Source of the DNA: Gammaproteobacteria bacterium | GTDB taxonomy: Bacteria; Pseudomonadota; Gammaproteobacteria; Eutrophobiales; Eutrophobiaceae | Direction of reading: 5' to 3' | Length of the DNA stretch: 64,000 nt | Assembly: GCA_021773235.1 (NCBI GenBank) | Contig: JAJFKL010000021.1 | Coordinates: 132,651-196,650 of the forward strand | Part shown: piece by piece, positions 1 to 7,832 of the stretch | Layout of the letters: every line of letters begins with the position of its first letter | Position numbering within the stretch: position 1 is the first letter of the stretch | Position numbers and translations under genes: made by a program | Notes under the pieces: generated by a model | Told to the model about the DNA's origin: nothing | Seen by the model: the letters and a program-made list of their open reading frames with translations, nothing else | The model's database searches: none

Positions 1-12
1 GAGATTTAAGGG

Positions 13-402
13 ATGTCAGACGTTTATTACAGCACCGGAAGACGCAAGAGTTCAGCCGCACGCGTATTCTTAAAACGCGGATCTGGTGAGATTACAATCA
101 ATAATCGTACACTTGACCAATACTTCGGACGTGAAACTGGCCGAATGATTGTTCGCCAACCTTTAGAAACTGTCGAAATGTTGGACCAATTTGATTTCAA
201 CATCACCGTTACTGGTGGCGGGATTTCAGGACAAGCAGGTGCAATTCGACATGGCATCACCCGTGCTTTGATGGAATATGATGAAACACTTCGTAAGCCA
301 CTGCGCGCAGCTGGTTTCGTTACACGTGATGCTCGTGAAGTAGAACGTAAGAAGGTCGGCTTACACAAAGCCCGCAAGCGTCCTCAATACTCAAAACGTT
401 AA
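13..402 (+). CDS. rpsI: 30S ribosomal protein S9
   Basis: 129-aa ORF with the canonical bacterial S9 pattern (...[19 protein letters not shown]...[11 protein letters not shown] at the C-terminus). Confidence 0.97.
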   Translation: MSDVYYSTGRRKSSAARVFLKRGSGEITINNRTLDQYFGRETGRMIVRQPLETVEMLDQFDFNITVTGGGISGQAGAIRHGITRALMEYDETLRKPLRAAGFVTRDAREVERKKVGLHKARKRPQYSKR

Positions 403-425
403 TACTACATTCTGTATATTTAAAA

Positions 426-449
426 AGAGGGTTTTACCCTCTTTTTTTT
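426..449 (+). terminator. Rho-independent terminator of rpsI
   Basis: Perfect 6-bp stem AGAGGG/CCCTCT (426-431 / 437-442) with a 5-nt loop, then a T-run to 449; begins 24 nt after the rpsI stop. Confidence 0.75.
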
Positions 450-591
450 CGCCTACAGTGTAAGGTTAGAAGACCAACAGTAAACGCTTGTAGGTGATAT
501 CGGGAAGTGCACAGCCTGCCCTTGGGTGCAGATTCTCAGAAGATTTGAACAGAACCGCTAAGCCATGAGAATATATAACTCACTAATAATT

Positions 592-665
592 TGGGGGTTC
601 GTCTAATGGTAGGACTGTGGACTCTGACTCCGCCAGTAGAGGTTCGAATCCTCTACCCCCAGCCA
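592..665 (+). tRNA. tRNA-Gln (anticodon CUG)
   Basis: 74 nt folded by hand into a cloverleaf: acceptor TGGGGGT/ACCCCCA, T-arm AGAGG-TTCGAAT-CCTCT, anticodon loop C-T-CTG-A-C, discriminator G and encoded CCA. Confidence 0.9.
619..665 (+). repeat. attL: 47-bp direct repeat forming the 3' part of tRNA-Gln
   Basis: GGACTCTGACTCCGCCAGTAGAGGTTCGAATCCTCTACCCCCAGCCA is repeated exactly at 21173-21219. Confidence 0.88.
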
Positions 666-721
666 TAACAATCAATAACTTATATAAATTATTTTCCTTG
701 TTTTCCTAAATAACCCTAGTT

Positions 722-743
722 TGTTGGCAGTACTGTTGGTAGT
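722..743 (+). repeat. Tandem 10-mers TGTTGGCAGT / TGTTGGTAGT (candidate integrase arm-type sites, attL side)
   Basis: Two copies 12 bp apart, 57-78 bp inside attL. The same 10-mer occurs twice with the same 12-bp phasing at 21012-21033. Confidence 0.45.
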
Positions 744-847
744 TATGCCTCACCTAACCTTATGTAAATTCACCCTGAGCATGGAAGTCTTATGGTCATA
801 GACATACATTGCAGGATGCGAAGTTAAAGATATTGTAATTAACTTTG

Positions 848-1588
848 TTATCCGCCAAGTAAATATTGAGATGCTTTCTCTAATAATGGGCGATATTTCA
901 TTCCTTTTGCGGCTATTGAATCAAATAATTTCAAATGCTCAACTATTTTTTTCCAAGCAGTTGAACCTTTAATTTCTGTCACATTTTCTTCTTCCTGTAT
1001 ATATATTTCCGAAACCTCAGAAAGCATTTCTTTAAATGCACGCTTTAGCCCTTTTGCCCCATATATATGAAATCGATTAATTGCGTCCTCGCTTATCCTT
1101 GCTAGCTCAAGCAACATTTGTCTTAATACAGAGTCATTGGGTAATTTATCAATCGCACCCCTCAATTCATCTATGCTCTCTTTAATTTTTTTCGTGTCGT
1201 TATCGTTAATATTATTTTCTTTAGGTAGTCGCGTGGCACATACCTCCAACAAAGCTTTTTCAGATTCGGTTGCTTGGCGCATGCCTTGGTTGACGGCGTG
1301 AATAAATATTAATGTATCTAAAGAAGATAAACCTTTTATTAATACCGATCTTTCTTCTTCACCTATATCTGCATTATCTAAATCTTCTAAAAATTCTAAA
1401 TACATCTTTTGTAATTCAATAACTACCTTTATCCCATCAATAGCAACTATTTTATTATCTTTTGGTTCGCTTTTTCCAAGCATGATAGGAACTAGTTGTT
1501 GGGCAGCACTTTGATTCTGTTTTAAAGTTTCCAATATTGCTAATAATCTGCCCGCAGAATTTGAATACTTTGGTTTAGTTTCATTCAT
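848..1588 (-). CDS. hypothetical protein (all-helical by composition), island cargo
   Basis: 246-aa ORF with no motif I recognise; the long open frame in very AT-rich DNA argues for coding. Confidence 0.55.
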   Translation of the reverse strand: MNETKPKYSNSAGRLLAILETLKQNQSAAQQLVPIMLGKSEPKDNKIVAIDGIKVVIELQKMYLEFLEDLDNADIGEEERSVLIKGLSSLDTLIFIHAVNQGMRQATESEKALLEVCATRLPKENNINDNDTKKIKESIDELRGAIDKLPNDSVLRQMLLELARISEDAINRFHIYGAKGLKRAFKEMLSEVSEIYIQEEENVTEIKGSTAWKKIVEHLKLFDSIAAKGMKYRPLLEKASQYLLGG

Positions 1589-1735
1589 GTTGTTCTTTTC
1601 TTGTATTAAAATATTTTGCGTTCATTGCACCTTCTCAATTAATTCAGCTCCAAGATTGTTCGATTTATTAGAAGCCGATGAAATCATATGACAGTCCATT
1701 TCTTAACCAAAATGATTTATTTGAGTAAGCATCGA

Positions 1736-2824
1736 TTATTCATGCGCCCATTTAAATCTCTGCTTCAAGCCATTACAGTATTTTATATCTAATAGTTTTT
1801 TATGTTGTAATTGACCAACAACAACTCCCGGTGCAATACCAATTGCTTTTGCAAAAGCTCGAATCGAGTTCTTGCTAAAATCAGAACGCGCTATAAATTT
1901 AGCAAAATATTTTGGTGGGATGAGTTCACTTTCAGCAAATTTATCAGCTTCGTTTTCTTTTTCTTGGTCAAGTCCATTCGTTCCTTCTAAAAAGAGTTCT
2001 TTTTTCCCATGCAAAATTATATGACCCGCCTCATGAAAAAAAGTGAACCATAAATGATCATCGGTTTTATAACGAAGACTCAATTGTATAATTGCTTTAT
2101 CTTTATTTAACCAACGAGTGGCACCGCTGACACCAGTCTTTGGTAACGCAGGGACAAAAACGACTGCAACTCCTCCCATTGCACATAATTCTTGCATAGC
2201 AGGAATAAATTGATCATGCCCTTTCGTTGTTAAGGCTCTAATCTCATCTAGTGCCTCTCGAAACTTAAGCTTGTTATAAGAAGCACATGTGATTTTTGAT
2301 GCTTCTAGTTCACCTTGTCTTAGCCAAGCAGAGACAGCCTCAGGAAAAACTTCATGAGTCTGATTTTGACGATATGCGACATTTAGATTTGGCCACATAT
2401 CATCCCATTGAGAGATATTTGCTATTCCAAAGAAACGAAGAACATCTATAAGCTGTTCTTTTTTATCTCTGGATTTATTTAGCCATCCAAATTTAGCCAT
2501 CGCATTAACTGGAATATGGGTCAGCCAGTCAAGATCACGTTCCAATTCCTCTTCTTCGGCTAAACGAGCAAGTATTTCTTGGTAATGCGATTCTAAATTT
2601 AACCAATAATCTACAGGCATCCCTAAAGCTCGTTCGAGTTTTATAGCTGTCTCCGGAGTGATTGTAGAGTTCGCCTTTAATATTGAAATAATATGTTTAG
2701 GAGTAATCCCTGTTCGCCGGGCGAGTTCTTGTCGGGTCATCCCCCTAAGCTCTAATTCGTAATCAAGAATTTCTCCAGGGGAAACCGCGTAATCAGGCTG
2801 GAACTCATTTTGTATATCAACCAT
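1736..2824 (-). CDS. HigA-like XRE-HTH antitoxin fused to an ImmA/IrrE-type zinc metallopeptidase domain
   Basis: N-terminus SPGEILDYELELRGMTRQELARRTGITPKHIISILKANSTITPETAIKLERALGMPVDYWLNLESHY matches the HigA/XRE pattern. C-terminal half carries an HEXXH motif (FFHEAGHIILH) typical of COG2856 peptidases. Overlaps the upstream toxin ORF by 8 nt. Confidence 0.8.
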   Translation of the reverse strand: MVDIQNEFQPDYAVSPGEILDYELELRGMTRQELARRTGITPKHIISILKANSTITPETAIKLERALGMPVDYWLNLESHYQEILARLAEEEELERDLDWLTHIPVNAMAKFGWLNKSRDKKEQLIDVLRFFGIANISQWDDMWPNLNVAYRQNQTHEVFPEAVSAWLRQGELEASKITCASYNKLKFREALDEIRALTTKGHDQFIPAMQELCAMGGVAVVFVPALPKTGVSGATRWLNKDKAIIQLSLRYKTDDHLWFTFFHEAGHIILHGKKELFLEGTNGLDQEKENEADKFAESELIPPKYFAKFIARSDFSKNSIRAFAKAIGIAPGVVVGQLQHKKLLDIKYCNGLKQRFKWAHE

Positions 2825-3161
2825 GGGTATCCTCCACTCCTTTGACTTTAATTGCTGTTACATTGCTCCAATCTAGACCACCTTCTGGCCTTATTGGGAC
2901 TGGATCGTTTATCGGCTCAAAAATAAGCCTATAAGGGTGATCCAAATCTACTGATAATTGTCCTTTTTTATTACCTTTTAACTCATGGCAACGATGAGGT
3001 GGGCTGTAAGGTGGTGCAAAAAGCCCTAAGTTTGGAGCTGCGCGAAGTTGTGTCATGATAATTTTCAAGGACTTAGTACGCCTAGGCCCATGGGTTCTCA
3101 CCATCTCCTTCTCCTCACTGAGTTGCTTTTGTATTTTCTTATTGGTGAAAATAATATCCAT
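2817..3161 (-). CDS. HigB/RelE-superfamily toxin-like protein (killer protein family)
   Basis: 114 aa. HRCHELKGNKKGQLSVDLDHPYRLIF resembles the HigB core (LHxLKGdxkGxwSvxvxxnwRixF). Toxin-first order and 8-nt overlap with the HigA-like gene. Confidence 0.65.
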   Translation of the reverse strand: MDIIFTNKKIQKQLSEEKEMVRTHGPRRTKSLKIIMTQLRAAPNLGLFAPPYSPPHRCHELKGNKKGQLSVDLDHPYRLIFEPINDPVPIRPEGGLDWSNVTAIKVKGVEDTHG

Positions 3162-3338
3162 ATAAAAAACCTTAACCTATATGGTTAATGATTTTATATA
3201 AATAATTGTCATTTAGCAAGGCTAGTTTTGGGAATAATGGTGATGACTAATTGTAAATATATGACAAAATATCAGAACGTGTAATTCTTAAATTAATTAA
3301 GATAACCCTCTAATAGCTAATTAATAAGGATATTAAAT

Positions 3339-4172
3339 ATGGAACAATTGAGAAGAATAGCGGCGGAATATTATATTAATTTTCAATCGCCAAAATACTT
3401 CTTAAACTTCAAGTCATGGGAATTATATACAACGATTTTATTTGCCATTCTTTTCGTGTACTTTTCAATCAATACTATCATCGAGCATGTTGATCTAAAG
3501 TTAGAAATACATAGAAACTGGAACTTCGGATGTATGCTTATTTCTGAAGTTTTATTTTTAATTATTTTCGGAAAATTAAAAGTTCGAAGAGATGCGTTTG
3601 CTCTAAATTCAATATGTGAAAAATATCCCGACTGCAAAGCCGAAAACATCTTCTATGCAAAAAAATACGTTTTAGAGAATATCTTTAATACATCAAACAA
3701 AAACTTCCTTGTCATTGCAAAAGAATTAAACAATATGCTTATATTAAGCAGAGATGAAACTGCACTAATGGACATAAGCGCGGATAGTTTTTTTGACTTT
3801 ATCTACAATGAAAAATCAAAACAGGGAGTGCTAACTTTGATTGTGCTAATTTTCTCAATGTTAGCCTTATTTGCATTCAGAGATGGTTATAACCTAGCTT
3901 CTATTTACTCTTTTTATTCTCCAGCTTCTTGGGGAAGTATTGCGCTTGCTTACTTTTCAATATTAGTTCTTATATTGATGGTAGTTATCTTCATAAAAGT
4001 AATATTCAACCTTACTAGAATAATAATTATACGATTAGGACTACTGATCGATAGAAATAATTACAAGGGAAACTACACGGTGAAATTTATCATTCGTGAT
4101 TTAGTAAACCATATTGAATATGACACAAAGAAAAAAGATGGTCAGACACAAATTATTTTACTCGGGGATTAA
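3339..4172 (+). CDS. hypothetical multi-pass membrane protein, island cargo
   Basis: 277-aa ORF with at least four long hydrophobic segments (e.g. LYTTILFAILFVYFSINTII, SIALAYFSILVLILMVVIFIKVIF); about 25% GC. Confidence 0.55.
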   Translation: MEQLRRIAAEYYINFQSPKYFLNFKSWELYTTILFAILFVYFSINTIIEHVDLKLEIHRNWNFGCMLISEVLFLIIFGKLKVRRDAFALNSICEKYPDCKAENIFYAKKYVLENIFNTSNKNFLVIAKELNNMLILSRDETALMDISADSFFDFIYNEKSKQGVLTLIVLIFSMLALFAFRDGYNLASIYSFYSPASWGSIALAYFSILVLILMVVIFIKVIFNLTRIIIIRLGLLIDRNNYKGNYTVKFIIRDLVNHIEYDTKKKDGQTQIILLGD

Positions 4173-4335
4173 ATATACACTCTACTGTCTTATCCTTACT
4201 CAAAGAAATTGTAACTATTTTCATTTGCTGTACTAGCGCTTCTAATTCTTTTCTCTGTTCTAGATAAGCAGTCGGATCGACTTTCTTAACAGTTTCTATT
4301 AACTGGATAGTTTGTTGAATGGATTCTTTGATCAT
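4153..4335 (-). CDS. small hypothetical protein (60 aa)
   Basis: Strong Shine-Dalgarno AAGGAGG 5 nt upstream of the ATG on the minus strand; no recognisable domain. Confidence 0.4.
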   Translation of the reverse strand: MIKESIQQTIQLIETVKKVDPTAYLEQRKELEALVQQMKIVTISLSKDKTVECIFNPRVK

Positions 4336-4377
4336 AAGTACCTCCTTGTACTTTCATTAATTGTTATCCCTAAATAT

Positions 4378-4572
4378 TTAACTAATAACTTTCTCTTCTA
4401 GTTTATCGAGTACGTCTTTCAACTGAACTTTTATTTTATCAAGCTCTGACTCGAACTCTGAATAAGTGCTGGGGTCTTGTTGTAGTGATCTATCAATCAC
4501 CTTCATAGTGATATACAAGGTATCTTCGAGCATGATTTTAGCTTTAGCCATAACAGCATAATAATATTCCAT
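4378..4572 (-). CDS. small hypothetical protein (64 aa), uncertain
   Basis: ORF only, with no convincing RBS; coiled-coil-like C-terminus. Confidence 0.25.
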   Translation of the reverse strand: MEYYYAVMAKAKIMLEDTLYITMKVIDRSLQQDPSTYSEFESELDKIKVQLKDVLDKLEEKVIS

Positions 4573-4665
4573 CCAGTGTCTAATTGAATCGTCTGAATGA
4601 GGTATATTTTGGGGTGATATTTACCCTCTGCTTTGAGTACAACTATGGCTTAATAAGAACTGATA

Positions 4666-4696
4666 TTAATGTCTGCTTTCACGAATTAACTATAAT
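4666..4696 (+). promoter_or_regulatory. Candidate promoter of the TIR gene (TTAATGTC - 17 nt - TATAAT)
   Basis: Perfect -10 TATAAT at 4691-4696. The upstream module TTAATGTCTGCTTT (4666-4679) recurs at 9483-9496 with identical 17-nt spacing to a -10-like ATAAAT. Confidence 0.45.
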
Positions 4697-4761
4697 GGTA
4701 TTATTACTGCAACCGACCCAAAATCGGTGTTATACGATAGAAACATAAAGGAGCAAGATGC

Positions 4762-5223
4762 GTGTCATATAATGTATTTATCAGTTATTCCACTAATGAC
4801 CTTTCAACAGTCGATCAATTCAGAGCCATTTTAGATAACCCAATCATTAATGTTTTTGTAGCTGAGTATTCTGTTATACCTGGAGAATCATTAAATGAGA
4901 AAATCATACCAGCAATACAAAACTGTAATTTATTCCTGCTGCTTTTTTCAAAAACCTCTCAAGCATCAGAGTGGGTGCAAAAAGAAATAGAATTAGCCAA
5001 AGCAAACAATAAGTTTATTCTTCCAGTTTTGCTAGATAATGAAGCCAAACTACCTGCATATTTGGGTGATATTAAATATTTGCCAGCACATGCAAAACCA
5101 GAAGAGGCAATGGATATTGTTAGTGAGCACATCACCAAAGAAGCAGAAAGAATACATACAAACAGTCTGCTGCTTGGTCTTTTAATTGGTGGTGGCTTAA
5201 TATGGTTAGCAACACGCAACTAA
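4762..5223 (+). CDS. TIR-domain protein with C-terminal transmembrane anchor
   Basis: GTG start 7 nt after AAGGAG. NVFISYSTNDL..., ...VFVAEYSVIPGESL..., LFLLLFSKTSQASEWVQKEIELA..., ILPVLLD match the bacterial TIR_2 pattern, including the SxWVxxE glutamate. Last ~20 aa LLLGLLIGGGLIWLATRN are hydrophobic. Confidence 0.8.
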   Translation: MSYNVFISYSTNDLSTVDQFRAILDNPIINVFVAEYSVIPGESLNEKIIPAIQNCNLFLLLFSKTSQASEWVQKEIELAKANNKFILPVLLDNEAKLPAYLGDIKYLPAHAKPEEAMDIVSEHITKEAERIHTNSLLLGLLIGGGLIWLATRN

Positions 5224-5237
5224 AGCGTATAACCAGT

Positions 5238-5277
5238 CGTTCGTGCGGGGCCAATTCACAACCCCACAACTCGAACG
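5238..5277 (+). promoter_or_regulatory. Intercistronic stem-loop between the TIR gene and its downstream partner
   Basis: CGTTCG-TGCGGGG ... CCCCACA-(ACT)-CGAACG: 13 potential pairs with one mismatch and a 3-nt bulge; no following T-run. Confidence 0.35.
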
Positions 5278-5302
5278 TTATGCCAAGTGAGTTGATACAA
5301 AT

Positions 5303-5845
5303 ATGGAAGAAACTAACTGGATTCAATACTTATCAGCTATTGGCTCTGTTGCAACACCGGTTCTAGTTCTTATATTAACTGGCGTTGGTTGGAAGTACAG
5401 GCAGTCCATGGAAAGGAAGATTAAAATTGAAGAAAAACTACGCGATGATCGAATCGATATCTATAACAAAATACTTGAGCCTTTTATTATACTTCTTATG
5501 ACTGAGGCAGCTTGGAATTCAGACAAGAAAAATAGAGGTAAAAACAAGAATGATATTGGTGGGGCACTAGTACTCTCACTTGATTATCGAAAGGTCTCAT
5601 TCAAGTTATCTTTAATTGGTTCTGATTCCGTCGTCTTAGCTTTTAATGAACTATTTCAATACTTTTATAATCAAGCTGATGCTGGAGCCACAGCAGACGA
5701 AGAAAAGACCAGGCAAATGCTCATACTACTTGGTAATTTTTTGCTGGAAATCAGAAAGAGCATGGGAAATGAAACTACAAAAATAGATAGTTGGGGCATG
5801 TTAGAGTGGTTTATTACTGATGCTAGGAAATATAGAGAAGATTAA
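5303..5845 (+). CDS. hypothetical protein with N-terminal TM helix (candidate partner of the TIR protein)
   Basis: 180-aa ORF. N-terminal hydrophobic segment YLSAIGSVATPVLVLILTGVGW, remainder helical by composition; no recognised domain. Confidence 0.55.
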   Translation: MEETNWIQYLSAIGSVATPVLVLILTGVGWKYRQSMERKIKIEEKLRDDRIDIYNKILEPFIILLMTEAAWNSDKKNRGKNKNDIGGALVLSLDYRKVSFKLSLIGSDSVVLAFNELFQYFYNQADAGATADEEKTRQMLILLGNFLLEIRKSMGNETTKIDSWGMLEWFITDARKYRED

Positions 5846-5853
5846 AGTATGAC

Positions 5854-5901
5854 AAGTGCCCCCAGAACGGCACGCCTAAGGCAGATGACTTGCTAGTCAA
5901 C
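5854..5901 (+). repeat. Left copy of an imperfect direct repeat bracketing the 6090-7727 module
   Basis: AAGTGCC...ACGGCACGCCTAAGGCA...TAGTCAAC aligns with 7701-7760 (AAGTGCC...ACGGGCACGCCTTAGGACA...TAGTCCAC). Core 13-mer at 5869-5881 vs 7731-7743 has 1 mismatch. Confidence 0.5.
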
Positions 5902-6089
5902 TGAAAGCTGAAATTTTTTAAACAACAATGCTGATGACCGCTTATAGCCGAAATAAGATTGATGATAAGATCGTCCCAAAGCAAGCGTTCATCATTAATT
6001 GTTTTAAAATCCTCTGTGATGCTCCCACAGTAAAAAGAATTGTAAAAGGACTCTGTTTTACAGCACGCTAATAAAAAAGCACACTTGAA

Positions 6090-7166
6090 ATGACGGCAAT
6101 AATCGGATTTCTCAAGAATGGACAGGGGGCTCTGTTGGGTGATGCCCTTGTTTCAAAACCAATGTCCAACGGTCTTCCGCCTGTATATGTCCCTACAGTT
6201 GGCCTCATTGAGCCGCAGAACTTTCAACTAGATGGATACCAGCCTGCCGGCTTGGGGCAGAAAATATCTATCATTGCGCCAAACGTAGCAATCGCTTGGA
6301 GTGGTCGACAGATTATTGCACGCGCTATTATCGTAGACCTCCGTCTCAAGACTGCAATTAAAGTTTTCAATCAAGCTGACATGGTTCAATGGATGGACAC
6401 TGATTTGCAAGAAATCGATCCCAAACGAGAAGCAAGCATTATCGGCTTACTCACTGACGCTGGTCGGGATTTATTATTTAGCAGAGAGGCAACGCGATAT
6501 GAGACCGATACCTTTGGTTATGTACATGTCGCCGGTACTGGTGAAGGCCAACTGCTCATGCGGATTCTTTCAGAAGAACCGCCGATAACAACAGGAATGT
6601 TGCACCCGGTGTTTTTTGCTCTTCATCTATTGGCAGACCTTATCGCCGATGAAGTACACAATGCTGACAGTCTAAAATTGCTGTTTGGGGGCAACTATGA
6701 AATCGCAGTGCGAACAGAAGAAGGATTTCAGAAACTGCCAGACGTAGTTATCGTCCTCTGGTTAGCAATGCATGATGGGACGAGCCTCCTACTTAAGTTT
6801 CCCTACCGAATTATCAAAAACGTATATGTCGATGATCTACTCATAACGCGTTCACTGATCTTCAATGATGGTAGTGGTGATATAACTAGTGATAAATCAA
6901 ACGTAATACCACCTATAGATAAACCTTATCCTAGCTCGAGTGAACAAGCGAAAATAATAGCGACCTCATTGCATTCACATCGTTTCGTTCATTTCTTTTA
7001 CGCAAGGAGAAAGTCTGGTTCTATTTTTTCCTTAACCAGAATTGACCAGCACAGTAATGATGGCATATCGTTGAACGAACACGATGGCAAGGTTACTTTA
7101 GAGGTTCCTAGAGAATTTGTCGATGCTGTACTGGCACAGATGCAGCAGGAATATGATGAAGGCTAA
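6090..7166 (+). CDS. hypothetical protein; N-terminal ~215 aa resemble an HslV/proteasome-beta-like Ntn (Thr1) hydrolase
   Basis: Starts MTAIIGFLKNGQGALLGD (Thr directly after Met, Asp at mature position 17). Later GQKISIIAPNVAIAWSG and GYVHVAGTGEG lie in the same order as HslV K33, AGFAGG and IGSGG. The first in-frame start follows tandem stop codons. The domain call is inference only. Confidence 0.45.
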   Translation: MTAIIGFLKNGQGALLGDALVSKPMSNGLPPVYVPTVGLIEPQNFQLDGYQPAGLGQKISIIAPNVAIAWSGRQIIARAIIVDLRLKTAIKVFNQADMVQWMDTDLQEIDPKREASIIGLLTDAGRDLLFSREATRYETDTFGYVHVAGTGEGQLLMRILSEEPPITTGMLHPVFFALHLLADLIADEVHNADSLKLLFGGNYEIAVRTEEGFQKLPDVVIVLWLAMHDGTSLLLKFPYRIIKNVYVDDLLITRSLIFNDGSGDITSDKSNVIPPIDKPYPSSSEQAKIIATSLHSHRFVHFFYARRKSGSIFSLTRIDQHSNDGISLNEHDGKVTLEVPREFVDAVLAQMQQEYDEG

Positions 7167-7205
7167 TATAACCTTTAGCCAACTTCTGCTTCTGGCCGAA
7201 CGAAG

Positions 7206-7727
7206 ATGACTAACAACAAGCACTTAAAACCAATCGCCGAAATGGTTCTCATCGGCGAGATCGTGACCCAATCGAAGTTCGCCGAGAAGGCCGCTGGTCA
7301 GCTAGCAAAGACCTCTGACCCGATCGAAGTATGGGGCTCGATACAGTCGATTCTAGTCGCCGCAGCGAACGTGTCGAAGATACTATGGCCAGCTAGGAAA
7401 GAATATATTGAGCGCGGGAAACAGCTGCGGGAGCTACTAGAAGTAGATGATCACAACTTGCTCTTTAATCGCACATTTCGAAATCACTTTGAGCATTACG
7501 ACGAACGGGTCGAAGATTGGTTTGATAACAATAACTCTTCCGTCTACATGGACTCGATAATCGATCCGTTTGAGCCAACCCCGTTGGGTCTGCCACAGTT
7601 CTTCCACCGCAGATACAATCCGACCAGTCAATCGTTGTCTTTCCGTGACGAATCGATCGACCTTAAGGCTGTTCTTGCTGCGCTCGGAGAGATTCGGAAG
7701 AAGTGCCGGCTTTTTGCCCTACCATAG
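7206..7727 (+). CDS. HEPN-motif protein (putative RNase-like), GC-rich cargo gene
   Basis: 173 aa. RNHFEH (R92-H97, nt 7479-7496) fits the Rx4-6H HEPN signature with polar Asn after Arg. Helical composition. 39 bp downstream of the Ntn-like ORF. Confidence 0.5.
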   Translation: MTNNKHLKPIAEMVLIGEIVTQSKFAEKAAGQLAKTSDPIEVWGSIQSILVAAANVSKILWPARKEYIERGKQLRELLEVDDHNLLFNRTFRNHFEHYDERVEDWFDNNNSSVYMDSIIDPFEPTPLGLPQFFHRRYNPTSQSLSFRDESIDLKAVLAALGEIRKKCRLFALP

Positions 7728-7760
7728 ACGGGCACGCCTTAGGACAATACGTTAGTCCAC
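7701..7760 (+). repeat. Right copy of the imperfect direct repeat bracketing the 6090-7727 module
   Basis: See 5854-5901. This copy overlaps the last codons of ORF 7206-7727. Confidence 0.5.
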
Positions 7761-7779
7761 TTCTGGTCGAAATGAGAGT

Positions 7780-7800
7780 TATAATGAAACCGACCCAAAA
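7780..7800 (+). promoter_or_regulatory. Candidate -10 (TATAAT) plus shared leader 13-mer AACCGACCCAAAA
   Basis: TATAAT at 7780-7785 followed by AACCGACCCAAAA at 7788-7800. The identical 13-mer follows the TATAAT of the TIR promoter at 4711-4723. Confidence 0.4.
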
Positions 7801-7832
7801 AGGACAACGTGTCCCTTAAAATATAGTTATGT

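Noticed and set aside
27-377. 116-aa ORF antisense to rpsI
   Set aside because: It is entirely contained in the opposite strand of a highly conserved ribosomal protein gene. This is a typical shadow ORF with no independent support.
545-579. Promoter of tRNA-Gln (TTGAAC at 545-550)
   Set aside because: The -35-like hexamer is good, but no convincing -10 lies at 16-18 nt spacing (AGAATA / GAATAT). The evidence is too ambiguous to report as a feature.
4762-5845. Thoeris system (ThsB TIR + ThsA)
   Set aside because: The neighbouring ORF shows no SIR2, SLOG or Macro features that I can see. It is a 180-aa single-TM helical protein, so the pair should not be labelled Thoeris.
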